Source: an uncultured delta proteobacterium (lineage in GTDB: Bacteria > Desulfobacterota > Syntrophia > Syntrophales > UBA2185). Taken from it: a DNA stretch of 64,000 nt. Under the pieces are notes generated by a model. It saw only the letters and a list, made by a program, of their open reading frames with translations. It searched no databases and had not been told where the DNA came from. The first letter of the stretch is position 1, and every line of letters begins with the position of its first letter. Of this stretch, positions 19,783 to 30,769 are shown piece after piece. The DNA lies in assembly GCA_963729715.1 (NCBI GenBank), contig CAVSPA010000003.1, positions 1 to 64,000 of the forward strand, written 5' to 3'. Position numbers and translations under genes: made by a program.

Positions 19783-22254
19783 TTATATCTGGTCATGTTC
19801 AAATCTTTCATCATGAAGGCTATATCCCAACGCTCGGTACCCCTTTAGACGTTTTTCATACATGCGTTTCATTACCGGAATCTCCGAATCCACGTAATCG
19901 TAAATGATTACCTCGGTCTTGTTGTAGTGTAAGCGATGGAGACGACCCGCATACTGGGCCAGGGTTCCACGCCAGGAGATCGGCATAGTCAGAAAAAGGG
20001 TGTCGAGACGTGAATCGTCGAATCCCTCTCCAAGATATCTTCCAGTGGCCAGGATTAGTCGTTCTTCATGATCCTGTATAGAAGCTATTTTTTCGGATAT
20101 TTCCTTTCGTTGCCTAGCCCCCATTCCTCCCTTCATCACGATGACATTGCGGGCAAATTTTGAAAATCGTTCAGCCAAGAAGCCCAAGTGCTCCTTCCTC
20201 TCGGTGATCACTATAGGCGATCTTCCTTTTTCCAGTGATTTCAGGACATCATCAAAAATCATTTCATTTCTGTCAGCATCCTGAACCAGAGCCGCATAGA
20301 TGTCTGTGATGGAAGCTTCGTGACCCATAACAGGATGATCATATTTGAAACGCGTTCTCCTGGCGATGACATGATGTGAAAAAGGTCGTTCCACGGCCTG
20401 CTTGCGGGCGCTTACATTGTACCGTACCGGCCCGCACTGCATGAAAATAATTGGATGGTGCCCATCCTTGCGTGCGATTGTAGCGGACAATCCCAGAACG
20501 TACCGCGCTCTGCATCGCCGCAAAATATTTTCGAAGCTACTCGCCGGTACGTGATGGCATTCATCGACAATGACATGACCGTAGTCGGCGACAATATCAT
20601 CCACATCAGAGTTCCTTCCCAAACTCTGAAGAAGTGCAACATCAATGTGCTTCGTTGGGTTGTATTTTCCTTCCCCTATTTTGCCGATTTTGGACGAGTC
20701 TATCTGAAGAAATGAGGATATGCCGGCAATCCATTGGTCCATGAGTTGCCTACGATGAACGAGGATCAAAGTATTAACAGCTCTCTTAGCGAGGATATAA
20801 AGTCCGACGACTGTTTTGCCAAACGCTGTGGTTGCCGACAGAACCCCAGTATCATGAGCGAGAACGGCCTCAGCGGCCTTCTGCTGGTCTGGACTCAGCT
20901 CCCCGGTGAAGTGCACGTTGATAGAAAAGCCGACGGAGCGTTTGTCTTCCATTTGCCAACCGATTCCCCTCGTTTCCAGCGTCGCTGTAAGTTCTGCAAG
21001 GCAACCTCGGGGGAGAGACAGATGATGAGGATAGTCTTCTGCACAAGAGATAATTCGCGGCTTACCGAAAGTGGAAAGTCGCAAAGCCTGTGCCCTGTAG
21101 AACTCGGGGTTCTGAAAGGCGGCGATACGTATCAAGTGATTGATCAGGGATGGCGGCAGCTCTTCTCTGTCAATAAAGAGCTGGTTTCCCTGTGTGATGA
21201 TTACCTTGTCAGGCAAGGGGCCTTTGATAGCCGGAGGCTTTGTCTTTTGGGAGGGGGGCATTTCCCACGGATGTTCTGCCTCTTCTTCCGTGACTGTCGC
21301 TCGAATACCGAGGATACGGCCTCTGCTTGCTCCTTTGGTCACGATGGCTTCGACCTCATGCGGCCTCATCTTCCTTATGCTTGACAAAAAAAGCCACTGA
21401 TCCTCATAAGGGATACCCTGGTCGCTCAGGAAAAGAGAATTGCCCTTGGCTGCAGACATCATCTGAAGCGGAAGGGCGATAAGATTACCGAAGCCACCAC
21501 GAGGCACAGTGTCCTGATTTGGAAAGAGGCGATCGTAAGAGCTGAGGCCGATATCGGGGCGCCTTTCCATAGTTTCCGTGATCAGAAAGGAACCCAATCG
21601 CCTGGCTGAAATCGCCGGAATGGGCTCGGAGAAGAATATCCAGATGTGCCCTCCGTTTCCCGATCGAGATCGTTCGAGTGCCGCAGATATATTCAGTGCA
21701 GTACAGGTATCCATGAAGGCTCCTGCATCCTGCATCCATGTCTTCTTGTCGAAATCAATAGCCAGGAAACAACAGGTTGCATCGGCCAGGAGAGGATAAA
21801 CGCCTATTGTGTGCTCACGGGGAATTCTACCGGATGAGATTTTGCCTTCCCAATGCCTCCTAATGGCTGAATCTGTAAGAGGAAGAAAGGATCTGCCGGG
21901 ACAATCAGAGCATTTGACAGAAGGTTTCCTGCATATTCCGGCGACCCATTCATGCTCGCAGGCTGGCTGATATCCCGATTTCCCAGTCTTTGTGCTCTCC
22001 CATCGACATGCGTAAACATCCTCTCGGCCCCTGAATAGTTGCCGGAATAAAGATGTTTTCTCCTCCAGGGATGATCGCTTCGTGATTACAGGTTTTTCTG
22101 CCACAGGGGAAGAAATACGCCTCTCGGCAAGTTCATCTTTCCTCTTCTTGAGACTTTCGATCTCGCCGCAGAGCGACTTCCTTTCCGATTCGATATCAGA
22201 CAGCCGCTGTTCTGCCTGCCTAATAAGGTTTTCGATTTTTACGATATCATCCAT
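19783..22254 (-). CDS. Fusion of AEP/TOTE-type primase-like domain and SF2 DEAD/DEAH helicase
   Basis: LF.GREDVYA, LAIDFD, ERSRSGNGGH.W, GNLIALPL; TAFGKT, DECHH, SAT, Q..GR..R. Confidence 0.85.
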   Translation of the reverse strand: MDDIVKIENLIRQAEQRLSDIESERKSLCGEIESLKKRKDELAERRISSPVAEKPVITKRSSLEEKTSLFRQLFRGREDVYACRWESTKTGKSGYQPACEHEWVAGICRKPSVKCSDCPGRSFLPLTDSAIRRHWEGKISSGRIPREHTIGVYPLLADATCCFLAIDFDKKTWMQDAGAFMDTCTALNISAALERSRSGNGGHIWIFFSEPIPAISARRLGSFLITETMERRPDIGLSSYDRLFPNQDTVPRGGFGNLIALPLQMMSAAKGNSLFLSDQGIPYEDQWLFLSSIRKMRPHEVEAIVTKGASRGRILGIRATVTEEEAEHPWEMPPSQKTKPPAIKGPLPDKVIITQGNQLFIDREELPPSLINHLIRIAAFQNPEFYRAQALRLSTFGKPRIISCAEDYPHHLSLPRGCLAELTATLETRGIGWQMEDKRSVGFSINVHFTGELSPDQQKAAEAVLAHDTGVLSATTAFGKTVVGLYILAKRAVNTLILVHRRQLMDQWIAGISSFLQIDSSKIGKIGEGKYNPTKHIDVALLQSLGRNSDVDDIVADYGHVIVDECHHVPASSFENILRRCRARYVLGLSATIARKDGHHPIIFMQCGPVRYNVSARKQAVERPFSHHVIARRTRFKYDHPVMGHEASITDIYAALVQDADRNEMIFDDVLKSLEKGRSPIVITERKEHLGFLAERFSKFARNVIVMKGGMGARQRKEISEKIASIQDHEERLILATGRYLGEGFDDSRLDTLFLTMPISWRGTLAQYAGRLHRLHYNKTEVIIYDYVDSEIPVMKRMYEKRLKGYRALGYSLHDERFEHDQI

Positions 22255-22583
22255 ATAAGTTCTTCGAAAGCTGCCTATGTTTTAAGATTCTGAATTGACT
22301 CCACCTAGTCTTATCACCTCTGTAAGCTGCCCAAAGAGTATTTGATCCTTTGCAGTGACTGATGGTGCTTTCTCGATCATGTCATCCGCACATCAAGGAA
22401 CCATGCCTTGTGACCCCACTCTGGGGAAGGAAGCATGCTTTACAGTCCGTCTTTACACCTGTAGAAAAGCTTGAAATTTGTCTTCAACAAATATCAGAAA
22501 ATTCTTTGTTCAAACGGAGACAGCCATCCAGGGCTGTAGTGGAGCCCCATCACCTTTCAAACATGCCGAAACTACTAAAGCCT

Positions 22584-22859
22584 TTACATCCTCTTACCAA
22601 TATCCATATAAACCGATCTCCGATGCCTGATGCCAAGAATCCATACCTCGGACTCGATGACTTTGAAAACAACCCGGTAATCGCCTACCCGGAGCTTCCA
22701 GTAGCCTTTCAGGGTCTTTCGCAGAGGCTCCCCATAGTCATAAGGTGCGTTCTGCAAACGCTCTTCTATGGCCTTTCGGATTCTGTCTCTTGTTCGTTTG
22801 TCGATAAGGGGCAAATCCTCGACGCGAATAGCGGTATGATAGTGCAGCGTAAAAGGCAT
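22584..22859 (-). CDS. RelE/ParE family toxin
   Basis: GEPL...LKGYWKLRVGDYRVVF, I.HR..VY. Confidence 0.88.
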   Translation of the reverse strand: MPFTLHYHTAIRVEDLPLIDKRTRDRIRKAIEERLQNAPYDYGEPLRKTLKGYWKLRVGDYRVVFKVIESEVWILGIRHRRSVYMDIGKRM

Positions 22860-22862
22860 GGG

Positions 22863-23090
22863 TCATTTCCAAACATCTTTATGAGAAAGCGCCTTTTTTT
22901 TGTCGAAGGTCTTCATTCGTGTATCGGCAAAGGCAGCGAGGGCGACATCTTCCCGCAAGTTTAGTGCCTCTCGGATCAAGTCGCGGGCAAGGGTGGACAT
23001 GGAAATGCCTTCGCTGGCTGCAAGGTCATGCAGAGTGCTGTATAGCGGCGCCTCAACAACAATGTTTACTCTCGGATTTTTTGTGGGCAT
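22863..23090 (-). CDS. RHH antitoxin
   Basis: MPTKNPRVN.., S.S...RDLI.EAL...ED; directly upstream of toxin. Confidence 0.8.
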   Translation of the reverse strand: MPTKNPRVNIVVEAPLYSTLHDLAASEGISMSTLARDLIREALNLREDVALAAFADTRMKTFDKKKALSHKDVWK

Positions 23091-23281
23091 GATTTCTTCT
23101 CCTTTTAGGTGAGTGTCACACTTATGATACACTTTTTCAAGTGGAAAATATTCCCTTGAAGTCGGGCATGATTATCAAATGAAAAGGGAAGATGTTACTC
23201 AAGCATAAAGCTTAAAAGGGAAAGCATTCACTCTTTTCCCGCACGGAAGAATAAAGACAGATCCGCAGGAACAGGAGCTTT

Positions 23282-24215
23282 TCACAAATCAATTAGTTGA
23301 AACTTGTTCTTGCCAGTAATTTGTGAAATAATACTTTGTTGTAATTTGAGATAGTTTTCAATTTTTTCCAGGCGGTTCTGAAGTGAATTTTCCAATGGCG
23401 TCGTTGGCTGTTGTTTTTTTTCTAATTTATATGTCTCTAGATCCAGTCTTCTCTTGCGCAATTCATATTTATTCCGGAATATCTGACATTTCTTGTTCAG
23501 CTCCTCTTGGCGCAACTCCCGCCATCTGCGAGAGTTTTCCAGCTTCTTGTGGCTCAGTTCTTTAAGAAGCTCGCGCCTCCTCTGTTTCTCCAAAAGCATC
23601 CCTGTATCTTTATTTAGTTGTCCTTGCCGCAGCTCCCTCCATTTGTGAGAATCTTCCAGTTTCCTGTTGCTTAATTTTTTGCGAAGTTCCCGATTCTTTT
23701 GTTTCTCCAGGAGAAATTCTTTTAGAAAGTAGATCGCAATTTGTTTATAGAAATCATTCCTCACGGTCACGTCTGATTCGTCATCGTTGTGATCGAATTC
23801 TGCCGGTACTTTGTACCTGTCCAATATATTTTCACCTTGTTCATTAAATTGATTGATTTCTTTCTTCTTGCGGAAGTATTCTTTTACTTATCTGTCAAAA
23901 CCACTGACAATGTCAGTGGTGGGGCGTGGGGGCGGAGGCCCCACACCTTCAGTGAACCAACAATGTTGGTGAGGAATGTTTTAGAGTAATCGTTTCAATC
24001 CTTATCAGGCAAGGCGAAGGACATTGTCCGTAGGCTTGCCGCATTTTCAAGGCCACCGACAAGGTCGGTGGTAGTTTACTTGTTTATTCTTAGGCTTCTT
24101 TATGGACCGATATAATCGGTGCATATCGACCCGATCAGTTTCGAGGACATGAAGCCATGCATCTTGAAAAGCATCATTATTCATTTATTATTTTTGATAT
24201 CTCTTCTACATTCAT
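23282..24215 (-). pseudogene. Second copy of the 129-827 gene, interrupted by a 192-bp element and a 14-bp deletion
   Basis: Direct alignment with 129-827 on both sides of the insertion. Confidence 0.85.
23888..24079 (+). mobile_element. 192-bp non-autonomous IS200/IS605-like element (PATE-like)
   Basis: Absent from paralogous gene; subterminal hairpins; ends GGTGGTAGTTTAC; follows TTTAC; second copy 42708-42899. Confidence 0.8.
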
Positions 24216-24364
24216 ATTTCCTGCATCATATGGCTTATGATACGAATAATCAGGTCCTGTTATAATCGGATAAGTTGAAATACAGAGAGGCATTTGGAAA
24301 GTTATAAATTAAAATTTTATCAAGAGCCACGACAAGGAATTGCAGAGTAAACTGTCAATATGAA

Positions 24365-24397
24365 CATAGTATGTCGAATAATTGTCGACATACTATG
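24365..24397. promoter_or_regulatory. Inverted repeat upstream of abiEi
   Basis: CATAGTATGTCGA-ataattg-TCGACATACTATG; degenerate copy near 975-1007. Confidence 0.65.
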
Positions 24398-24467
24398 CTA
24401 GATTATGTTATGAGAATCTGACCGAAATGACCAGTAACATCGAAACAGTAACATCGAAAGGACAGAA

Positions 24468-25121
24468 ATGTTTGACGATCTACGACACAAGATAACAACT
24501 GAGGAGTTTGACTATCAAGCCCTTATAGACGGCCTCCGGGAATATGACCGTCCACGTGATAAGATCACGGATTTGCTGAGGCAGGGCGCCATCGTACGCA
24601 TAAAGAAGGGTATATATATTTTTGGAGAGAGATACAGACGGGTGCCGTTTTCCAGAGAGGTCTTGGCCAACATGATCCACGGGCCTTCCTACATATCTCT
24701 CGATTACGCCTTGCATTACTACGGGATGATTCCGGAACGTGTTGAAGCAGTAACATCGGTTACATGCAACCGGGGCAGGCGCTTTTCTACTCCCGTCGGT
24801 CTTTTCATTTACCGTGGTATTCCCATGAATGCCTATCAGACTGGCATTGATCAAGTGGTACTCGATGGGGGGCGCACATTTTTAATTGCGGTTCCGGAAA
24901 AAGCCCTATCCGACAAGATCCATGATGACCGGGGAACAAGCATTCGAACCCATACGGAGATGAGAACATATCTGCTGGACAACCTGCGGATTGATCCCGA
25001 AAGGCTTGAAAAGCTGGACGCTGGCATCATCTCTCTGATCGCCGAGTGTTACCGCTCCCGGAAGATCCGGCTGGTAAGTGACCTACTTCGTAAGTTGGGT
25101 GGGAGGAAAGACAATGAATGA
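24468..25121 (+). CDS. abiEi: AbiEi-like antitoxin
   Basis: R.KKG.Y, PSYISL..AL..YG.IPE, A.PEKAL.D. Confidence 0.85.
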   Translation: MFDDLRHKITTEEFDYQALIDGLREYDRPRDKITDLLRQGAIVRIKKGIYIFGERYRRVPFSREVLANMIHGPSYISLDYALHYYGMIPERVEAVTSVTCNRGRRFSTPVGLFIYRGIPMNAYQTGIDQVVLDGGRTFLIAVPEKALSDKIHDDRGTSIRTHTEMRTYLLDNLRIDPERLEKLDAGIISLIAECYRSRKIRLVSDLLRKLGGRKDNE

Positions 25122-25980
25122 AGTGATTGCCCACATGCTTGACCGGTATGAGAGTAGAAGTGTAGAGGACTACGTGAGAGCCATTCGAGAGATTCTACAG
25201 GAAATCTCCCTGCTCGGCCTCTGGAGGAGCAAGTTTTTCGAGAAGGCTGCATTTTACGGGGGCACTGCTCTCAGAATTCTTTACGGGATTGACCGTTATT
25301 CCGAAGATCTCGATTTCTCGCTGCTCAAGCCAATGACTGATTTTGATATTTCGCGATATATCAGTGCTCTGGAGCGCGAGGTTCGGTCGTTTGGGTTTCA
25401 GGTGAGTGTGACGGTGAGAGAGAAGAATACGAAAAGTCCGGTGCAGTCGGCTTTTCTGAAAGCTGACACCCTGAATCACTTATTAGTAATAGAAACAGCC
25501 CCGGAAATAGCCAGGCAGATTCCACGTGGACAAGTCATGAAGATTAGAATTGAGGTCGATACTGACCCTCCTATGGGGTTTGATACGGAAAACAAATTTC
25601 TCCTTCAGCCGATACCCTTTTCCGTGAGAACCTTTGTCCTTGCTGACCTGTTTGCCGGCAAGATGCACGCCGTTCTTTGCAGGCAATGGAAGAGTCGCGT
25701 TAAGGGTCGTGATTGGTACGACCTTGTCTGGTTTGTCGCTCATCACCCACAACTTCATCTCGCCCACCTGGAACAGAGGGTGATCCAGAGCAGACATTTA
25801 AAGGAAGGGGAACACCTGAGCAAGGAAGAGTTTTTGTTACGGATATCAAACGCAATTGATAAACTGGATGTAAACCAGATCAAGAAGGAGGTGGAACCTT
25901 TCGTGAAGAACCCCGAAGTCTTGGAAGTCTGGTCTAAGGAGTTCTTTCAGGACGTCGCCAAAAGAATTGTGTTCGTCTGA
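25114..25980 (+). CDS. abiEii: AbiEii nucleotidyltransferase toxin
   Basis: FYGGTALR, RYSEDLDF, GKMHA, KGRDWYDL. Confidence 0.9.
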   Translation: MNEVIAHMLDRYESRSVEDYVRAIREILQEISLLGLWRSKFFEKAAFYGGTALRILYGIDRYSEDLDFSLLKPMTDFDISRYISALEREVRSFGFQVSVTVREKNTKSPVQSAFLKADTLNHLLVIETAPEIARQIPRGQVMKIRIEVDTDPPMGFDTENKFLLQPIPFSVRTFVLADLFAGKMHAVLCRQWKSRVKGRDWYDLVWFVAHHPQLHLAHLEQRVIQSRHLKEGEHLSKEEFLLRISNAIDKLDVNQIKKEVEPFVKNPEVLEVWSKEFFQDVAKRIVFV

Positions 25981-26309
25981 AATCTGTTATAGCAAATATT
26001 TTTTTGGTCAGTGAACCTTGCAGAAAAATGAAATTTCTCGTAAACGGTAACGTGGCTGAAAGAAAAACGGCTGCCGGTTACAGGGATTATTTAAAGTCGT
26101 CCTATTTCTTAGTCAAGATATTATGTATTGCGGGAGATCGTTATTTTTGGTTAGCAATATGGTTAGCATACTTTTCAGAAAAAGCGCACTTTTTGCCGTA
26201 TCCAGATAAATTGGAACACAAAGTGCTATGTGAGAAAGATAAATAAAATTATATAATTATATATCAACAACTATTTATCTATCTCAGAAGAAAACGTGCG
26301 ACATAGGAC

Positions 26310-26910
26310 TCCCAGAGTTTGACAATTCCGGGAATATAAAGGAAACCTCCTATCCGTGAACCGTTCAAAGTTTACGGGGAAGGAGGTTTCAGTTGAACGA
26401 CAGGCAGAGTTTAAGCCATACGTCATGGGAATGCAAGTACCATGTGGTATGGATACCGAAGTATCGGAGGAAAGCGATTTACGAGCAACTGCGGAGATAT
26501 TTGGGGTCAACATTCAGGGACCTCGCGATTCAGAAAGAGAGTCAGGTTATCGAGGGTCATCTTCGAGTTGATCATGTGCATATGTTGATCTCCATTCCGC
26601 CGAAGCATGCGGTAGCGCAAGTGGTTGGTTTCATCAAAGGCAAGAGCGCGATACATATTGCGAGAAACTTTATGGGTCATCGCAAGAATTTCACCGGTCA
26701 GCACTTTTGGGCCAGAGGTTATGAAGTTTCCACCGTTGGCAGAGATGAAGCCACCATTCGAGAATACATCAGAAAACAAGAGCAAGAAGACCGGCGTCTC
26801 GATCAGCTCAACATGTTTGAGGAGTAACCACCTTCAGGTGGTTCAGTAAATTAAATCCGCTTTGAGCGGTTCATACATTCAAGCCTCCGGCTTTGCCGGA
26901 GGTATATGAC
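26310..26910 (+). mobile_element. IS200-like element (tnpA only)
   Basis: Left hairpins from 26310; right end CCTCCGGC-ttt-GCCGGAGG-TATATGAC. Confidence 0.8.
26393..26827 (+). CDS. tnpA: IS200/IS605 Y1 transposase
   Basis: YHVVW.PKYR, DHVH (HUH), KGKS, FWARGY, catalytic YI..Q. Confidence 0.95.
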   Translation: MNDRQSLSHTSWECKYHVVWIPKYRRKAIYEQLRRYLGSTFRDLAIQKESQVIEGHLRVDHVHMLISIPPKHAVAQVVGFIKGKSAIHIARNFMGHRKNFTGQHFWARGYEVSTVGRDEATIREYIRKQEQEDRRLDQLNMFEE

Positions 26911-27146
26911 TGAATACGAGATATAATCGTTAAGCCTTCATGGATAGATAGTGCATTGATAGGTGGAGACCTTTCCAGCAATATCCTTTTTTTCTAAAAA
27001 AAATCTCGCCGAATACAAACACAATTGTCAATTCCGATCATCTGAACAGTTAATTGAATTACAGTTGAAAGGGAGCCGCGAGTTTTCACAAGAAACGAGA
27101 TAAGCCACCCGAAGCCCGCCTGCATGCCGAAGCCGGCTTCCAATAA

Positions 27147-27270
27147 TAATATTCCCTATCGGTAATAATATTGCTGCTTACCGTTGTCTTTATGAATATT
27201 AGTCCCGTACGGGTATATTATGCTTGACAAACTCATAATAGACAATTATTATTCCCGTACGGTAATAATA
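27147..27270. promoter_or_regulatory. Three related palindromic operators upstream of hipBA
   Basis: TATTCCCTATCGGTAATA, TAGTCCCGTACGGGTATA, TATTCCCGTACGGTAATA spaced about 50 bp apart. Confidence 0.65.
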
Positions 27271-27294
27271 TCAAGGCATAAAAAGGGGGTAATC

Positions 27295-27525
27295 TTGGAA
27301 GGAAAAATAAATTCGCCTGCTGATATAGGCATAATGGTGAGAAGAAAAAGGAAGGCAGATGGATTGACACTTATGGATGCTGCTGCGATGTGCAACGTGG
27401 GTTACAGGTTTTTCTCAGATGTGGAGAATGGAAAACCAACCGCTCATATTGGTAAGATCCTTCAAGTTCTGTCTTGCCTTGGGTTGGAGGTGACTATTCT
27501 GCCAAGAGGTTGGAAAAATGAGTAA
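27295..27525 (+). CDS. hipB: HipB-like XRE antitoxin
   Basis: R..RK..GLT...A, ENGKPT HTH; overlaps hipA start; TTG start after GGGGG chosen by inference. Confidence 0.8.
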   Translation: MEGKINSPADIGIMVRRKRKADGLTLMDAAAMCNVGYRFFSDVENGKPTAHIGKILQVLSCLGLEVTILPRGWKNE

Positions 27526-28765
27526 CGCTGCAGTGGGCGATAGGCTTGGTGTCTATTTACACGAAAGACTCGTAGGTTATCTGTGGCTTGACGAACGGCG
27601 AAGATTCATATTTCAATATGATGCGGCATGGGTAGATCGACATGGAAGTATTGCGCTGTCTTTGGCTCTTCCCTTTCAGAGGGAGCCTTACGCGGATGAC
27701 CTGGCCCGTCCCTTTTTCGCCAATCTTCTCCCGGAAGCAGAGATACGGAGAGTTATCGCGCGGCGCCTGGGAATCTCTGAGAAGAATGATTTCATTCTTT
27801 TAAGGAGGATAGGCGGCGAGTGTGCCGGCGCTGTTTCAGTCTTGCCAGAAGGGAATGTGCCCCAAGATACACCGGGATACCGGGAACTTGACGAAAGTGA
27901 ACTTCACAAAATCGTAGCTGAGCTACCGAGAAAGCCATTGATGGCGGGAGAAAGGGGGATTCGGCTGTCCCTGGCGGGAGCGCAGAACAAACTGCCCATA
28001 TACATGGAAAACGACAGGATTTTTCTCGCAACCGGTAATCTTCCGAGCACGCATATTCTAAAGCCGGCCATTCAAGGACTTGAAGGGACTGTGCTGAATG
28101 AGGCCTACTGCATGATTCTCGCTGGAAAGATTGGTCTCCAGGTGCCTGAAGTAACGATCCGCAGAGGCCCTGATACATTATTCATCGTAAAACGCTTTGA
28201 CAGGGAAAGAACACCAGAGGGCAAGGTGGTCCGTCTTCATCAAGAAGATTTTTGCCAGGCTCTCGGAGTTCTTCCAGAACAGAAATATGAAAGCGAGGGT
28301 GGACCGGCGTTGAACCAATGTTTCGATCTAGTAAATAGGTCAAGCATACGCCCTGCAGCGGATAGAATGGCACTCTTACAATGGGTCATATTTAATGTGT
28401 TGATTGGCAATGCGGATGCGCACGCAAAAAACCTTACTATCCTATTGACTGATTCCGGCCCTCGTCTAGCACCATTTTACGACCTTCTTTGCACGAAGGT
28501 TTATGAGAGTCTTACAGACAAGCTGGCAATGAAGATAGGTGGCGAGAGACGACCGGGCTGGCTTCAAGAAAAGCATTGGAAGAAGTTTGCGGATGCTGTT
28601 TCGATAAAACAGAATATTGTCTTAAGAATGCTCTCCGACATGATTCAGAATATTGTACCGAAAGCTGAAGAGTTAGCAGCGGAGTTTTACGATAATTATG
28701 ATACCGAGGGTATTATGGAAAGAATTTGCTCTGTGATACGAAAGAGAGCTCATAAAATCGGATAA
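27518..28765 (+). CDS. hipA: HipA family kinase toxin
   Basis: FF.NLLPE, SLAGAQNK, THILKP, RFDR, HQEDFCQ, GNADAHAKN, LAPFYD. Confidence 0.95.
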   Translation: MSNAAVGDRLGVYLHERLVGYLWLDERRRFIFQYDAAWVDRHGSIALSLALPFQREPYADDLARPFFANLLPEAEIRRVIARRLGISEKNDFILLRRIGGECAGAVSVLPEGNVPQDTPGYRELDESELHKIVAELPRKPLMAGERGIRLSLAGAQNKLPIYMENDRIFLATGNLPSTHILKPAIQGLEGTVLNEAYCMILAGKIGLQVPEVTIRRGPDTLFIVKRFDRERTPEGKVVRLHQEDFCQALGVLPEQKYESEGGPALNQCFDLVNRSSIRPAADRMALLQWVIFNVLIGNADAHAKNLTILLTDSGPRLAPFYDLLCTKVYESLTDKLAMKIGGERRPGWLQEKHWKKFADAVSIKQNIVLRMLSDMIQNIVPKAEELAAEFYDNYDTEGIMERICSVIRKRAHKIG

Positions 28766-29332
28766 TAAGAAACAAAAAAGAAAGTTGGCGCTGTTGGTGA
28801 GAGAGTGCGGAGCTCCCCTCTTTAATAGTGTCATTCATTGCTCTCGCACAGTACGGATTTTATAATTTATAAGAGGGTTATCATGTCGAACGGCTAAATT
28901 CAATATATTGCTTCCTCTTGTTTTTTGAATTTCCATTCTTGATGCAACATTTCAATTGTTTTCGTAATTCAGCTCATTCAATCAACATTTCAATCAGTAA
29001 TCGCTAATATGAGGAAATAAAAAAACATGGCTGATTCTGACCCTGCCTCATAAACACCAATGGATTAATATATACGATTTGTATGGATATTTTTTAAACA
29101 ACTGGATACCAAAAACTGGATACATTTTATCCATCTTTGAGGAAGCTGATCCACTGGCAAAAATGACTATAGTGATAAGCATTTGATATTTCTGGCCTCT
29201 ATCACTTCCCTCTCTTGGTACAGTTCTTGCGACTTACTCACGGGAAAATCATCCGTTGTTAATGTGATTTTATCCAATGCTCCATTAGTAATTGTAACGT
29301 GAAATCTAAGGCAATCGAATTTCGCAAGAAAG

Positions 29333-29521
29333 ATGTTCATGTGGATAATATTTTTGATCGCTATTGGATTGCTAGTCTATTTCATTATTCAGACTCAAAA
29401 AACAAAAGGCCAGGTGCCGACACAAAGTGAAGGTTCTTTGGATATTCTAAAAAAAACCTATGCTAAGAGCGAAATCAACAAAGAAGATTTTGACACGATG
29501 AAGAAAGACTTGGAAAGCTGA
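29333..29521 (+). CDS. SHOCT-domain membrane protein (possibly 5'-truncated)
   Basis: TM helix then LDILK..YA..EI..E.F..MKK.L. Confidence 0.7.
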   Translation: MFMWIIFLIAIGLLVYFIIQTQKTKGQVPTQSEGSLDILKKTYAKSEINKEDFDTMKKDLES

Positions 29522-29622
29522 TGAATCTTAATGTGATCAAAAAGTCAGATGACGAACTTGGGTAAAAATGTGCACAAAAAAATTTCTGAATAATCTCCAG
29601 AGTAAGAGGACAGGTTGCAATT

Positions 29623-30411
29623 ATGAAGAATAGAAGGGTGATAATTATGTGCTCCTTTTTTCTGGTTACAGGCGTTTACATTGGTTCTCTGATACGTGTG
29701 AATTATGACCAAATCAGAGGCTTATTTGTCGTGAAGCATGTTGCGATAAATACGAGAAGTATTGACGAATATGACCCTACAAATACGGAAGCAGACTCCA
29801 GGTATTATTATCAGATTCAAAATCTGGAAAGGGACCAAACAGCACTGGTGTTAATGGACGTTTGGGAAGAGTACTCGGATGCCGGATTTGAGAAACGTGT
29901 AAGAAAAAATATTGAGGAGAGCCTACTTCCCCTTTTGCAGACGGCAAGAATGAATAAACTGCTGATTATTCACGCACCACACAAAAAGAAAATAGACAGT
30001 AATGTCAAACCCGTAAAGGGTGAAGTGAACCTTGACGACGAAAAAGTTTACTCTGCAGCGGCATTTGACACATTGTTGAAGAAAAGAAAGATACACACAC
30101 TGATATATGCTGGCTATGCAACAAATTATTGTGTCATGTTTCGTCCCGAGGGTTTAATCAATATGAAAAGACTGAGATATGATACATTGCTGGTAAGAGA
30201 TGCGACTGTGGCGTCTGAATTTCCAGATACACTCAAAGGTGAATGGATGAAAGTAGCAAGCGTCCATATGATAGAATCGGAGTGGGGGAGATCCACGACA
30301 GTTGAAGATTTTAAAGATGCCTTTTCCGGAATTCCATTCGCACTAAAGATGAGAGAACGGGTGGGTATGAAGAAACCCGTAGCAAAGGTTTTATCCAAGG
30401 GGAGAACATGA
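29623..30411 (+). CDS. Isochorismatase/cysteine hydrolase family protein with membrane anchor
   Basis: TALVLMDVW, LIYAGYATNYCV, LVRDAT. Confidence 0.75.
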   Translation: MKNRRVIIMCSFFLVTGVYIGSLIRVNYDQIRGLFVVKHVAINTRSIDEYDPTNTEADSRYYYQIQNLERDQTALVLMDVWEEYSDAGFEKRVRKNIEESLLPLLQTARMNKLLIIHAPHKKKIDSNVKPVKGEVNLDDEKVYSAAAFDTLLKKRKIHTLIYAGYATNYCVMFRPEGLINMKRLRYDTLLVRDATVASEFPDTLKGEWMKVASVHMIESEWGRSTTVEDFKDAFSGIPFALKMRERVGMKKPVAKVLSKGRT

Positions 30412-30769
30412 TATTTGAGGACATGGACCGTCCCCGGCTATTCAGTGCCCTTGGAGGAAATCTATATGTTGGACCCACCACGCTGATGCTGGTGCTGTCT
30501 TTCTGGGATATCAAAAAGTGCCTTGCCCCCCCAAAAACGGTCCAAATTGCACGAGTCTTTTGGACTGGTGAGTGGCTGCTATAATTGATTTCGTATAAGC
30601 GTCATTCTGTTGCAAAGTTGCAGAATGACGCTTATATCCTTAATGTTCAATCTGCCGAATAATCAATGAGTAAAGACTCATAGGTGAAATAAATAGCACC
30701 TTTTTTATCGCTGCCTTCCTTGTTTATTCCAGTCAAGATATTTCCATAAGTGTTTTTTGGATTTGAAGG

